From assembly GCF_937873725.1 (NCBI RefSeq), contig NZ_CALMYY010000030.1:2157-66156 (forward strand): a stretch of DNA of 64,000 nt, given 5' to 3'. Both the position numbers and the translations under genes were made by a program. Within the stretch, counting starts at the first letter, position 1, and each line of letters starts with the position of its first letter. The notes beneath the pieces were generated by a model. That model searched no databases and was not told where the DNA came from. It saw only the letters and a program-made list of their open reading frames with translations. The DNA is from an uncultured Dietzia sp. (GTDB lineage: Bacteria > Actinomycetota > Actinomycetes > Mycobacteriales > Mycobacteriaceae). Of the stretch, positions 18,883 to 31,428 are shown piece by piece.

Positions 18883-20016
18883 ATGACGAGGACGCTACTG
18901 ATCACGAACGACTACCCCCCGCGGCCCGGGGGCATCCAGTCGTACCTGGAGACCTACCTGGCGCACTTCGATCCCGAGGACGTCGCGGTGCTCGCGTCGA
19001 CGTTCCGCGGGGCCGAGTCGGTCGAGTACGACGCGACCCGCCCGTACCTGGTGGAGCGGGTTCCGACGGAGATGCTGCTCCCCACCCCCGACCTGGCGGC
19101 GCGGGCGAGGAGGCTGGCCTCGGACTTCGGGGCGAGCACCATCTGGTTCGGAGCCGCTGCGCCCCTCGCCGCGATGGCCCCCGTCCTCCGGAGCGGTCCG
19201 GTCGATCGGATCGTCGCGAGCACCCACGGGCACGAGGTGGGCTGGTCGATGCTCCCGGGATCCCGGCAGGTGCTGAGGTTGATCGGGGAGTCGACGGATG
19301 CCGTCACCTACGTCAGCGACTACACGAGGCGTCGCGTCGCGGCCGCGTTCGGCCCGCACGCCCGCCTGGTCCACCAGCCGGGAGGGGTCGACACGGAACG
19401 GTTCCGTCCGGATCCCGTCCGGAGGAAGGCGATCCGTGAGCGCTACGGGGTCACCGGCAGGGAGGTGATCGTCTGTCTGTCCCGACTCGTGCCGCGCAAG
19501 GGCCAGGACGCGCTCATCCGGGCGCTGCCGGAGATCGCCCGCCGGGCGCCCGGGGCGGTCCTCGTCGTCGTCGGGGGTGGTCCCTACCGACGGACGCTGG
19601 AGGGGTTGGCGCGCCGACACGGCGTGGCCGACCGGGTGATCTTCACCGGTCGCGTCCCGGCGTACGAGATCGTCGACCACCACCGGATGGCGGACGTGTT
19701 CGCGATGCCGTGCCGCACCAGGGGAGCGGGGCTCGACGTGGAGGGGCTGGGAATCGTCTACCTCGAGGCCTCGGCGTGCGGGGTGCCGGTGGTCGCGGGT
19801 CGCAGCGGCGGCGCCCCGGAGACCGTCCTGGACGGGCGGACCGGGCTGGTGGTGGACGGTACCTCCGACGGCGAGATCGCCGAGGCCGTGGCCGGCCTGC
19901 TCACGGACCGGCCCCGGGCGTCGGCGATGGGCGTCCGGGGCCGAACCTGGGTTCTTGAACGCTGGCGCTGGGAGGACCTGGCGCGAGACATGGAACGCGT
20001 GCTCTCAGGCGACTGA
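18883..20016 (+). CDS. pimB: GT4-family glycosyltransferase, PimB'-like mannosyltransferase
   Basis: 377 aa from ATG 18883 (MTRTLLITNDYPPRPGGIQSY). GT-B motif EGLGIVYLEASACGVPVVAGRSGGAPE. Synteny with Rv2188c. Confidence 0.85.
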   Translation: MTRTLLITNDYPPRPGGIQSYLETYLAHFDPEDVAVLASTFRGAESVEYDATRPYLVERVPTEMLLPTPDLAARARRLASDFGASTIWFGAAAPLAAMAPVLRSGPVDRIVASTHGHEVGWSMLPGSRQVLRLIGESTDAVTYVSDYTRRRVAAAFGPHARLVHQPGGVDTERFRPDPVRRKAIRERYGVTGREVIVCLSRLVPRKGQDALIRALPEIARRAPGAVLVVVGGGPYRRTLEGLARRHGVADRVIFTGRVPAYEIVDHHRMADVFAMPCRTRGAGLDVEGLGIVYLEASACGVPVVAGRSGGAPETVLDGRTGLVVDGTSDGEIAEAVAGLLTDRPRASAMGVRGRTWVLERWRWEDLARDMERVLSGD

Positions 20017-20043
20017 CCGCGGCCTGACATGGTCAGGCCGCGG
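20017..20043. terminator. bidirectional hairpin between convergent pimB and fadD15
   Basis: CCGCGGCCTGAC, loop ATG, GTCAGGCCGCGG gives a perfect 12-bp stem. It starts 1 nt after the pimB stop. Confidence 0.55.
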
Positions 20044-20066
20044 CCGGGTCGCCGGGCCGGCACCGA

Positions 20067-21866
20067 TCAGGAGTAGAGGTCCTCGATCTGCGCCGCGTAC
20101 TTCTGGTGGACCACGTTCCGCTTGACCTTCAGCGAGGCCGTGAGCTCGCCGGTCTCCTCGGAGAACTGGTCGGGCAGCACGTGGTACTTCTTGATGGCCT
20201 CGGAGTGGGAAACGGTCCTGTTGGCACGGACCAACGCCTGGTCGAGGTGCTCGATCATGTCCGCGTCCCGGAGGAGCTCGTAGAGCGAACCGGTCTTCTC
20301 GTGGTACTGCTTCCAGCGCTCGAGGGCCTCCGGATCAAGCGTGAGCAGGACCGAGATGAACGGCTTGCCGTCACCCACGCACACGGCCTCGGACACGAGC
20401 GGGTCGGCCCGGAGCGCGTCCTCGAGCTGGTTCGGGGCGACGTTCTTGCCGCCCGCCGTCACGATGATCTCCTTCTTGCGGCCGGTGATGGTGAGGTAGC
20501 CGTCCTCGTCCAGTGATCCCAGATCCCCGGTCCGGAACCAGCCGTCGGAGAACGCCTCGGCGGTGGCCGTCTCGTTGCGCCAGTACCCGGAGGTCACGAC
20601 AGGACCGTTGACCTCGACCTCGCCGTCCGTGGCGATACGCACGGCACAGCCGGGCAGTGGCTGCCCGACGGATCCGATGCGCATCTGCGTGGGGGTGTTG
20701 ACGGTGATCGCGGCGCAGGTCTCGGTGAGGCCGTAGCCCTCGAAGATGTTGACCCCGATGCCGTCGAAGAAGTGGGTGAGACGCTCGCCCAGGGGTGCGC
20801 CGCCCGAGATGGCGATCTCGCAGCGTCCGCCGAGCGCCGCGACGAGCTTGGAGTAGACGAGCTTGGAGAACAGCGCGTGGCGGAGCTTGAGCAGTGGCCC
20901 GACCCGGCCGCCCCGGTTGGCCTTGGAGTAGGCGACCGCGGTGTCGGTGGCCTTGTCGAACATCCACGCCTTGAACGTGCCGCCGTCCTGCGCCGTCGCC
21001 TGCGCCTTGTCGAACACCTTCTGGAACACGCGCGGGACGGCGAGGATGTAGTGCGGCCGCATCTCGGAGAAAGTGCCGACGAGGTTCGACAAATCGGACG
21101 AGTGGGCGATGCGGACCCCGGCGTGGAATCCCGCATAGGTGATGGCGCGGGCCAGGACGTGCGCCAGCGGCAGGAACATGACCGTGGTCGCGTCCGCGCG
21201 CAGGTACTGGTTGAACGGGGTCTCGAGGATCGCGAGGGTCTCGGACATGAAGTTGCGGTGGGTGAGCATGCAGCCCTTGGGCCGTCCCGTGGTCCCCGAG
21301 GTGTAGATCAGGGTCGCGGGGGAATCGGCGGTCACCGCCGCGCGACGCTCGGCGAGCACTCCCGCGTCGACTCCGGCCCCGGCGGTCGAGAGCAGCTCGA
21401 CGGCGGGGGAGTCGCCCTCGATCGCGAGGATGTCGGGCGCGGTGTCCAGTCCGCTGGTGCCCTCGCCGGCGGTGGCGGCGTGGGCGGCGGTCTCCACGAT
21501 GATGAGCCTGGCGCCCGAGTCCTCCATGATCCAGCGGATCTGCTCGGAGGACGAACTGTCGTAGACCGGCACGGTCACCGCTCCGGCGGCCCAGATGGCG
21601 AAGTCGATGACGTTCCACTCGTACCGGGTGGAGCACAGGAGGGCGACACGATCGCCGGCCTCGATCCCCCGGGCCACCAGACCGCGGGCGACGGCGCGGA
21701 CCGAGTCGGCGAACTCGCGGTTGGTCACGTCCGTCCACCGTCCGTCCACCGGGCGCTGGAAGGCGACGTTGTCCGGCGTCTGCTCCGCGCGGTCGTAGGC
21801 CGCCTGGGCACACGACCAGTCGTCGGGGACGGTGAATGTTGCGGGGGCGGCGACATATTCGCGCAC
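20067..21866 (-). CDS. fadD15: long-chain fatty-acid--CoA ligase (AMP-binding)
   Basis: 599 aa. AMP motif LIYTSGTTGRPKG, and FRTGDLG. Synteny with Rv2187. Confidence 0.92.
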   Translation of the reverse strand: MREYVAAPATFTVPDDWSCAQAAYDRAEQTPDNVAFQRPVDGRWTDVTNREFADSVRAVARGLVARGIEAGDRVALLCSTRYEWNVIDFAIWAAGAVTVPVYDSSSSEQIRWIMEDSGARLIIVETAAHAATAGEGTSGLDTAPDILAIEGDSPAVELLSTAGAGVDAGVLAERRAAVTADSPATLIYTSGTTGRPKGCMLTHRNFMSETLAILETPFNQYLRADATTVMFLPLAHVLARAITYAGFHAGVRIAHSSDLSNLVGTFSEMRPHYILAVPRVFQKVFDKAQATAQDGGTFKAWMFDKATDTAVAYSKANRGGRVGPLLKLRHALFSKLVYSKLVAALGGRCEIAISGGAPLGERLTHFFDGIGVNIFEGYGLTETCAAITVNTPTQMRIGSVGQPLPGCAVRIATDGEVEVNGPVVTSGYWRNETATAEAFSDGWFRTGDLGSLDEDGYLTITGRKKEIIVTAGGKNVAPNQLEDALRADPLVSEAVCVGDGKPFISVLLTLDPEALERWKQYHEKTGSLYELLRDADMIEHLDQALVRANRTVSHSEAIKKYHVLPDQFSEETGELTASLKVKRNVVHQKYAAQIEDLYS

Positions 21867-22006
21867 TGCGGTCCTCCTGGTGGAGACGTTCGATGGTAAA
21901 AAGATGAGAACACCCTATCCCCGGGCGGGTCGCACGGCCACGCCGCCTGCCGCCGGACGCCGGACCGAGGACGCATCCGGGGTGCAGATGTGTGAAGCTT
22001 GGGGGC

Positions 22007-22468
22007 ATGAGCGAGGACATCGGTGCCCCGGGGGTCTGGCCCACCAGGGACTCCACGATCATCTCGGCGAACGTCGAGGACGTCATGGCCGTCATCTCCG
22101 ACTTCGCCGCCTACCCGGAGTGGTCCGCGTCGATCCGGGAGGCGGAGGTCCTCTCCCACGGACTCGACGGCCGGCCGGACCGGGTCCGGTTCACCCTGGA
22201 CGCCGGCGCGATCGTCGACGAGTACGTGCTCGCCTACTCCTGGTCCGCAGACGACAGGAGCCTCGAGTGGCGATTGGAGAGCTCGACGCTCCAGCGATCC
22301 CAGACGGGCGCGTATCACCTCGAGCCGGTGGAGGACGGCACCAGGGTGGACTACCAGCTGGAGCTCGAGCTGGCCGTCCCGGTGATCGGCAGACTGCGCA
22401 GTCGCGCCGAGCGCCGGATCCTCTCCGAGGCGCTGAGCGAACTCAAACGCCGGGTCGAGTCGCGGTGA
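22007..22468 (+). CDS. SRPBCC (polyketide cyclase/dehydrase-like) family protein, Rv2185c-like
   Basis: About 153 aa with ...ISDFAAYPEWSASIREAEV.... Size and position match TB16.3. Start is ATG 22007 or GTG 21992. Confidence 0.75.
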   Translation: MSEDIGAPGVWPTRDSTIISANVEDVMAVISDFAAYPEWSASIREAEVLSHGLDGRPDRVRFTLDAGAIVDEYVLAYSWSADDRSLEWRLESSTLQRSQTGAYHLEPVEDGTRVDYQLELELAVPVIGRLRSRAERRILSEALSELKRRVESR

Positions 22469-23352
22469 CCGAGGCGAGATTCGTCACCGTCCTGGGGGGC
22501 GGACCGGCGGATCGTTCCGAGGCCACCGCCGGAATCCTCCTCGGCTCCGGCGGGACGGCCCTGGTCCTCACCGGCGACACCACCGCGGTCGATCCGCGCC
22601 TGGACACCAGCGAGGACGGACCCGTGGAGGTCCGCGCAGACGACCCGGTGGCCAGGCTGGAGGCGTACCGCTCGGGGGCGTCGGATCCCGCAGACGCGGT
22701 GCTCGCGGCGCTGGCCAGCGGTAGCGATTCCCCCCTCGCGACGGTTCTCGGATGGGAGTACGCGCGCAGGGCGGCCGCGGCGGGGGTCTGGGACACGGTG
22801 GTGGTGGAACTCGACGGCGACCTCGCCGGGGTTCGCAAGATCGCGGCCGCGGGGGAGCTGGCGACGTTCGTCGAGACGCTCTGGCCCGCCCACGTCCGCT
22901 TCGCGTCGATGGCCGCCGGTGATCGCGCGGACACCCGGGTTCGGGAGGCGCACCGGCTGGCTCTCCTCGCCGCGGACGTCTCCGCGTTCCTCGCCGGACC
23001 GATCGAGGTGGTGGTGGCCGGACGCTCGCCACGCCGGACCGCGGCGCTGGCGGCCCTGGCCCGGGGTGCGGTGTCCCCGACCGTGACGGAGGACGGCAGG
23101 GGCGGGTACCGGGTGGAGTACCCGGTCCCCGCTGCTCCGACGTCGCCGCCGTCGGTGGAGGGCGACGGATTGCGACTGGAGCTCGACGGCTTCCGGGCGG
23201 TGGTGCCGCTGCCCGCGCTGCTGTCCAGGTGCGTCCTCGTGGACTCGGGCTTCGACGCCGCCGCGGGCGCCGTGGTGGCGGACTTCGTCCCGGATCCGGA
23301 TCTCTGGCCGCCGAATCTCGTACCGGCGGGATTCGCCGATCGCGCCGGGTAG
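22465..23352 (+). CDS. conserved hypothetical protein (position of Rv2184c/Rv2183c)
   Basis: GTG 22465 forms a GTGA overlap with the upstream stop. Strong G/C third-position bias over 295 codons. I could not identify a catalytic motif. Confidence 0.6.
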   Translation: MTEARFVTVLGGGPADRSEATAGILLGSGGTALVLTGDTTAVDPRLDTSEDGPVEVRADDPVARLEAYRSGASDPADAVLAALASGSDSPLATVLGWEYARRAAAAGVWDTVVVELDGDLAGVRKIAAAGELATFVETLWPAHVRFASMAAGDRADTRVREAHRLALLAADVSAFLAGPIEVVVAGRSPRRTAALAALARGAVSPTVTEDGRGGYRVEYPVPAAPTSPPSVEGDGLRLELDGFRAVVPLPALLSRCVLVDSGFDAAAGAVVADFVPDPDLWPPNLVPAGFADRAG

Positions 23353-23390
23353 TATCCGGACTCGTCCACCCCCCAACGACACGAGGACCG

Positions 23391-26079
<2,689 letters not shown>

Positions 26080-26100
26080 CCCGGGGCCGCTCCCGGTGGC

Positions 26101-28284
26101 TCAGCCCAGCGCGTCCAGCTCGACCTGGCTGCCCCTGGCCACCACGCGACCGGGCAGCGGGGTCTGCCCGTAGACGATCCCGCTCGCGGTCCCCGCGTCG
26201 ATCGTCGACGTCAGGCCCGCGTCCTGCAGGGTGCGCTGGGCGTCGGAGGCCCGAGCGCCCAGCACCACGGGGACGGTGACGGCGTTCGACGGGACGATCC
26301 GCAGGACCGGGGACGCGGGGTCCACCCGTCGCCCCGCAGGCGGGTCGGTGCGGACCACCCGGCCGTCGGACACCTGACGGTCGGTGACCGGCGCCTCACG
26401 GACCAGGGTGAATCCGGCCCTGGTGAGAACGTCGGTGGCCTCGTCCACCGGCACGTCCCGCACGTCCGGAACCGTGAGGGCGTTGGACACCAGGAGGGTC
26501 ACGCCGTCACCCCGCGCGACGTCGGCTCCGGAATCGGGGTCGGTGCCCACGGCCAGGCCGCCGTCCACCTCGCCGTCGTAGACCCTCGTGACACCGGAGA
26601 CGGTCAGGCCGACTCCCTCCAGGGCCCTCCTGGCCTGCTCCTCCTCGAGCCCCGCCACGTCGGGCACCGTCACCGGCGCGGGGCCCGAACTGGTCACCAT
26701 CGACACCCGGGTCCCCACGTCGACGGTCGTCCCGGAGCGGGGGTCGAGGGAGATGACCTGGCCCACGGGGACGGAGTCGGAGTACTCGGCCCCGCCACGG
26801 ACCGGCTCGAGGGAGGAGTCCCGCAGCAGCCGGGAGACGGTCTCGACGTCCCGGCCGGCCCCCACCTCGGGGACGACCGGGCGACCCACGGAGACCAGGA
26901 CCGCGACGGTGTCGCCGCGGGGCACCCGGGAGCCGGCGTCGGGGTCGGTTCCGACCAGACCCGAGCGGGGGACGTCGTTGCTGAAGGCGTCCCGGATGGC
27001 GGCGGTCAGCCCGACTGCGCCGACCGCCTCGGTCGCCTGGCCCACGGACATGCCCTGGACGGACGGCACGGTGACGAAGCGGCCCGAGCCCAGCCACCAC
27101 CCGGCCACGGCCAGCGCGATGGCGGCGGCCAGCACGACGATGAGCCACAGCAGGCCGAGTCGCCGGCGGGGGCGGACCGGTGTCCGGTCGGGGACCGGCT
27201 CCACCTCGCTCCCGGCGTGGGAGCCCGCGGCGCCCCGGGGGAGGGGGGCCGGGGCGAGATCCGCCCGGGTCTGGACCCGCGTGGGGACCGGGCCGTCGCC
27301 CGAGGTCAGCGCCTCTCCGCTCTCGCGATCCGCCGCATCGAACTCCGATTCGCCGTCGGGGGCCGACCTGGCCGCGTTGGCACGCGCCCTGGCCCACGAC
27401 GACCGCCGCGGAGCCGGGACGACGTACGGCGGGAACCGGCCGATCGCGGCCGCTCGGTCCAGGTCGTCGAGCATCTCCCCGGCGTCGGCGTAGCGGTCCT
27501 CGCGGCTGCGGCGGGTGGCGCGGAGGATCAGGTGGTCCAGGTCCTCGGCCACCGTGTCCGACTGCTCGGACGGGGCGGGGACGTCCGTCTCCAGCCGCCG
27601 GTAGGCCACCGCGATGGAGTTGTCCCCGCTGAACGGGGGCTCCCCGGTGAGCATCTCGTACGCGAGGACGCCCAGGGAGTAGAGGTCGGAGCGGGCGTCC
27701 GTGTCCGCGCCCGAGATCTGCTCGGGGGACAGGTAGGCGGCGGTGCCCATCACGACGCTGCGGGAGGTCGCCCGGGATTCGGCCACGGCCCGCACCAGTC
27801 CGAAGTCGGCGAGCTTGACCGCCCCGGTGGTGGAGATGAGGACGTTCTCCGGCTTGATGTCGCGGTGGACCAGGCCGGCCTCGTGGGCCTCCCGGAGCGC
27901 GCCGAGGAGGGGGCGCAGCACCGCGGCCGCGGCGTACGGGGGCATCGGGCCGCGCTCGTCCAGCAGTTCCCGGAGCGTGCCACCGGGGACCAGTTCCATC
28001 ACGAGGAACGCGAAGTCGCCCTCGACGCCCTGGTCGAAGACCTGGACGATGCCGGGGTCGGAGAGGCGGGCCGCCGAGCGCGCCTCGAGGGTGAACCGGT
28101 CGACGAACGCCCTGTCCCCGGCGAGGGTCGGGTCCAGTAGTTTGACGGCGACGTGGCGGTCCAGCCGCTCGTCGGTGGCCAGGTGGACGATCGACATCCC
28201 GCCGCGGGCGATCACGGCGTCCAGCCGGTATCGCCCGTCGAGCAGGGCGCCCGGCCCCGGTAACTGCCCGTCGTTGATGCTCAT
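26101..28284 (-). CDS. pknL: Ser/Thr protein kinase with one TM helix and five extracellular PASTA-like repeats
   Basis: Hanks motifs VAVKLL, HRDIKPENVLI, DFGLVR and SPEQ. A P/R-rich linker is followed by TM LGLLWLIVVLAAAIALAVAGWWL. Five repeats of about 65 aa follow, each of V(T)VP.V.G-type. Divergent from the Rv2175c-like gene, as Rv2176 is. Confidence 0.9.
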   Translation of the reverse strand: MSINDGQLPGPGALLDGRYRLDAVIARGGMSIVHLATDERLDRHVAVKLLDPTLAGDRAFVDRFTLEARSAARLSDPGIVQVFDQGVEGDFAFLVMELVPGGTLRELLDERGPMPPYAAAAVLRPLLGALREAHEAGLVHRDIKPENVLISTTGAVKLADFGLVRAVAESRATSRSVVMGTAAYLSPEQISGADTDARSDLYSLGVLAYEMLTGEPPFSGDNSIAVAYRRLETDVPAPSEQSDTVAEDLDHLILRATRRSREDRYADAGEMLDDLDRAAAIGRFPPYVVPAPRRSSWARARANAARSAPDGESEFDAADRESGEALTSGDGPVPTRVQTRADLAPAPLPRGAAGSHAGSEVEPVPDRTPVRPRRRLGLLWLIVVLAAAIALAVAGWWLGSGRFVTVPSVQGMSVGQATEAVGAVGLTAAIRDAFSNDVPRSGLVGTDPDAGSRVPRGDTVAVLVSVGRPVVPEVGAGRDVETVSRLLRDSSLEPVRGGAEYSDSVPVGQVISLDPRSGTTVDVGTRVSMVTSSGPAPVTVPDVAGLEEEQARRALEGVGLTVSGVTRVYDGEVDGGLAVGTDPDSGADVARGDGVTLLVSNALTVPDVRDVPVDEATDVLTRAGFTLVREAPVTDRQVSDGRVVRTDPPAGRRVDPASPVLRIVPSNAVTVPVVLGARASDAQRTLQDAGLTSTIDAGTASGIVYGQTPLPGRVVARGSQVELDALG

Positions 28285-28340
28285 GGACCCTATTCTGCCC
28301 CTCCCGTCCCGAAACCGGTGCGTGACGGGCGGCGCGGCCG

Positions 28341-28748
28341 GTGGTGATGACCGGCGCGGGCCGTGGGACTACGGTGGTGGGGGTGAGTACCGTTCCCCAC
28401 TGCGATGACGTCCTGCCCGCCGACGTCCAGACGATCAATCTCCCCGAGGTGTCCGAGCGACTGGGCATCCCGGTCACCCGCGTCCACGACCTCCTCCGCG
28501 AGGGGGTGCTGCTCGCCGTGCGCCGCTCCGGTGTCGTGGCGGTCCCCGCGGTCTTCCTCGACGGGGACGAGGTGGCGCGGTTCCTGCCCGGACTCGTCTC
28601 GGTCCTCCGGGACGGCGGGTACCTCGACGAGGAGATCCTCCGGTGGCTCTTCACGGAGGACGACAGCCTCCCGGGCCGTCCCGCGGAGGCGCTCCACGGG
28701 CACCGGGCCCGCGAGGTGGTCCGGCGCGCGCAGGCGATGGGGTTCTAG
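28341..28748 (+). CDS. Rv2175c-like DNA-binding protein (known PknL substrate family)
   Basis: ...CDDVLPADVQTINLPEVSERLGIPVTRVHDLLREGVLLAVRR...LRDGGYLDEEILRWLFTEDDSL...HGHRAREVVRRAQAMGF is collinear with Rv2175c as recalled. Start could be GTG 28341, GTG 28344 or ATG 28347. Confidence 0.85.
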   Translation: MVMTGAGRGTTVVGVSTVPHCDDVLPADVQTINLPEVSERLGIPVTRVHDLLREGVLLAVRRSGVVAVPAVFLDGDEVARFLPGLVSVLRDGGYLDEEILRWLFTEDDSLPGRPAEALHGHRAREVVRRAQAMGF

Positions 28749-30274
28749 CCCTCGGCGGTCGCCCGCCACCACCACCAGCCGGTGGCCAGCGATGCGACCA
28801 CGGCGATCCCCGTGACCACGGGACTGTAGAGGCTCGTCGACCCGTTGGGTCCGATGGCCATGACCAGGAACACGACGACCGCCACGGCCACCGTGGTGGC
28901 CCGCCGGCCGGGGCGGGCCAGCACCCAGAACGCGGCCACCCACAAGTGGTACCAGGGCCAGGCCAGCGAGTTGAGTACGACAAAGGCCAGCAGCGCCAGC
29001 ATGATGCCGCGGACCGCCGTGAGTCGATCCCGCCGATGGCACCACCACACGGCGACGAGCGTCGCGGCCAGCAGTACCTGTCCGATCCGGCGGGTCACGG
29101 CGAGGACGTCCTCGAAGCCGGGGGAGTCCGTGACGGCGTGGATGAGGTGGGCCGCCGCGGTGGGGGCGCTGAGGTAGTTGATCACCCGGTCCGACACGGA
29201 GATCGCGTTGAGCCACCCGAGCCCCGTGCCCGAGGCGAGGGTGGCCAGGGCGAACACGGCGCCCGCGGCCGCGGCGGCGACGGCCGTGTCACCGAGCGCG
29301 CGGATCGCCGGCCGCGTCACGGCCCGGTCCCGCCGGCGCGCGTCCAGGGCGATCCACAGCAGGAAGGGCGCCACGATCACGGCCGTCGCCTTGAACGCCA
29401 CCGCGACGCCGATCGCCGCGCCGGCCCACGCGTACCGCCTGTCGAGGGTGAGCACCACCGCGCCCAGGCACGCGACGAGCGGGAAGATCTCGTTGTGCAG
29501 GCCGCCGGCCAGGTGGATCACCGACAGCGGAGACATGCACGCCATCCACACCGCCGCGCCCGGGTGGACACCGGTCCGGCGTGCGGCCGTCACCACCAGC
29601 GCGACCAGGGCGCCGAGCGCGGCGAACACGGCCAGCCTGAGGAGGAGGACGCCCACGCCCGGGTGCCCCCCGGACAGTGCCACGAGGATCCGCATCGCCA
29701 GCAGGTGGAGGGGCCCGTACGGCGTCGCCGTGGACTGCCAGTCCGGGCTGACCTCCACCGAGAAGGCCCCGGGGTTCGCCTCCGGGCCGAACTCGTACGG
29801 GTCGACCCCGGCCGCGGTCATGGCCCCCTGCGCGAGATACGACCAGGCGTCGCGGCTGAAGAGCGGGACGGCGGGCAGGAGGGGGAGCGACCACAGCGCG
29901 GTGGCCCAGACCGCGTCCCGGGTGGCCAGTCGGCCGGACACCGCCCGCGGGCCCAGCGCCAGCCAGGCCGTGACCAGCAGGACCACGCCGGTCCAGGTGA
30001 GCGCCAGCGCCAGGATCTCGCCGTGGCCGAAGGCGAAGCCGATCAGGCCAACCCGGGCGGCCGGGCCACCGTCCACGGGCAGCGCGCCGGTACCGAACCC
30101 CCCGAGGGTGAGCAGGACCGACCCCAGGACCCCGCGCAGCAGTGCGGGACCCGAGGGGCCGGTCAGGGCGGTGCGGGCCGAGGCGGTGAGGGAGGTGGTC
30201 GCCGTGACGACGCGGGACGACGACGACGAGGCCGACGCCGCCGTCCCGGCGTCCGGAGCAGGGGCCGGGGTCAC
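28745..30274 (-). CDS. mptA: polyprenol-phosphate-mannose-dependent alpha-(1->6)-mannosyltransferase (GT-C), MptA-like
   Basis: 509-aa polytopic membrane protein with an FSRDAWSYLAQG...VDPY loop motif. Synteny with Rv2174 between idsA2 and Rv2175c. Confidence 0.8.
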   Translation of the reverse strand: MTPAPAPDAGTAASASSSSSRVVTATTSLTASARTALTGPSGPALLRGVLGSVLLTLGGFGTGALPVDGGPAARVGLIGFAFGHGEILALALTWTGVVLLVTAWLALGPRAVSGRLATRDAVWATALWSLPLLPAVPLFSRDAWSYLAQGAMTAAGVDPYEFGPEANPGAFSVEVSPDWQSTATPYGPLHLLAMRILVALSGGHPGVGVLLLRLAVFAALGALVALVVTAARRTGVHPGAAVWMACMSPLSVIHLAGGLHNEIFPLVACLGAVVLTLDRRYAWAGAAIGVAVAFKATAVIVAPFLLWIALDARRRDRAVTRPAIRALGDTAVAAAAAGAVFALATLASGTGLGWLNAISVSDRVINYLSAPTAAAHLIHAVTDSPGFEDVLAVTRRIGQVLLAATLVAVWWCHRRDRLTAVRGIMLALLAFVVLNSLAWPWYHLWVAAFWVLARPGRRATTVAVAVVVFLVMAIGPNGSTSLYSPVVTGIAVVASLATGWWWWRATAEG

Positions 30275-30276
30275 CC

Positions 30277-31356
30277 TCAGGCCTGTCGACGGGTGGCGGC
30301 CTCGGCCAGCGCGCGCAGGGTGATCCGGCCGTGATCGCTGATCGCCTCGGAGGAGACGGCGTCGAGGGCCCGCACAGTGAGGGTGTCGATCTCCGCCTCG
30401 ACCGAGGCGACCGCGCCGGAGTCGACGAGCACCCGGCGGGCCCTCTCGAGCGCGGCGGCGTCGAGGTCCGTCCCGGTCACCGAGAGCAGGAAGTCGGCGT
30501 CGTCGGCCGAGGCCAGCGCGACCCCGCGGGCCAGCAGCAGGGTGCGCTTGCCCTCCCTCAGGTCGTCACCGGACGGCTTGCCCGTCACCTCGGGGTCCCC
30601 GTAGACCCCCAGCATGTCGTCCCGGAGCTGGAACGCCTGGCCGATCGCGACGCCGAACTCCCGGAGGGCCGACACGGTGTCGGCTCCCGCGCCGGCGAGT
30701 GCGGCCCCGATGTGAAGAGGGCGCTCGACGGTGTAGGCGGCGGTCTTGAATCGGTTGACGCGAGCGGGTGTCGCCTCGTCGGTGGCACCCGAGGCCTCGG
30801 CGAGGATGTCGAGCATCTGACCGGCCAGGACCTCGGTCTTCATGGCGTACCAGGGCCCGAGGGACCGCGCGAGCGCGGCGGGATCGGCGCCGGAGGTCAC
30901 GAACATCTCGTCCGCCCAGGTCAGGGCGAGGTCCCCGACCAGGATCGCTTGCGAGACGCCGTACCTGCCGGCGTCTCCGCCCCAGCCCTCCGCGCGGTGG
31001 ACGGCCTCGATCGAGCGGTGCACGGTCGGGTGGCCGCGCCGGGTGTCCGAGGCGTCCACGATGTCGTCGTGGATCAGGGCGCAGGCCTGGATGAGCTCGA
31101 GCGCGGCGCAGGCGGTGATGATGTGGTCCGGCACGACCGCGTCCGCGGGGCTCGCCGCGGACCAGCCCGCCAGCGCGAACCGCGGCCGCAGGCGCTTGCC
31201 GCCGCCCAGGACGAAGTCCGAGAGCAGACCCGCCAGGCGGTCCACCCGATCGTCGACCCCGGCCACGATCCCGCGACGCTGGTCGAGATGGCGACGGAGC
31301 GAATCGAGAATCCGATCCGCGTCGTCCGGTCGAGTCGACGTGACCACGGCCACCAT
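30277..31356 (-). CDS. idsA2: polyprenyl (geranylgeranyl) diphosphate synthase
   Basis: First and second Asp-rich motifs: LIHDDIVDASDTRRG and FQLRDDMLG. ATG 31356 follows GGAAGGG. The ORF-track start 31422 is 22 codons upstream. Confidence 0.9.
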   Translation of the reverse strand: MVAVVTSTRPDDADRILDSLRRHLDQRRGIVAGVDDRVDRLAGLLSDFVLGGGKRLRPRFALAGWSAASPADAVVPDHIITACAALELIQACALIHDDIVDASDTRRGHPTVHRSIEAVHRAEGWGGDAGRYGVSQAILVGDLALTWADEMFVTSGADPAALARSLGPWYAMKTEVLAGQMLDILAEASGATDEATPARVNRFKTAAYTVERPLHIGAALAGAGADTVSALREFGVAIGQAFQLRDDMLGVYGDPEVTGKPSGDDLREGKRTLLLARGVALASADDADFLLSVTGTDLDAAALERARRVLVDSGAVASVEAEIDTLTVRALDAVSSEAISDHGRITLRALAEAATRRQA

Positions 31357-31428
31357 CCCTTCCGGGCGTCCGTCCGGGCGCCCTCGCCCCTGCGATCCTA
31401 GTCGCCGGGCGGAGGTCGGCACGGGTGC

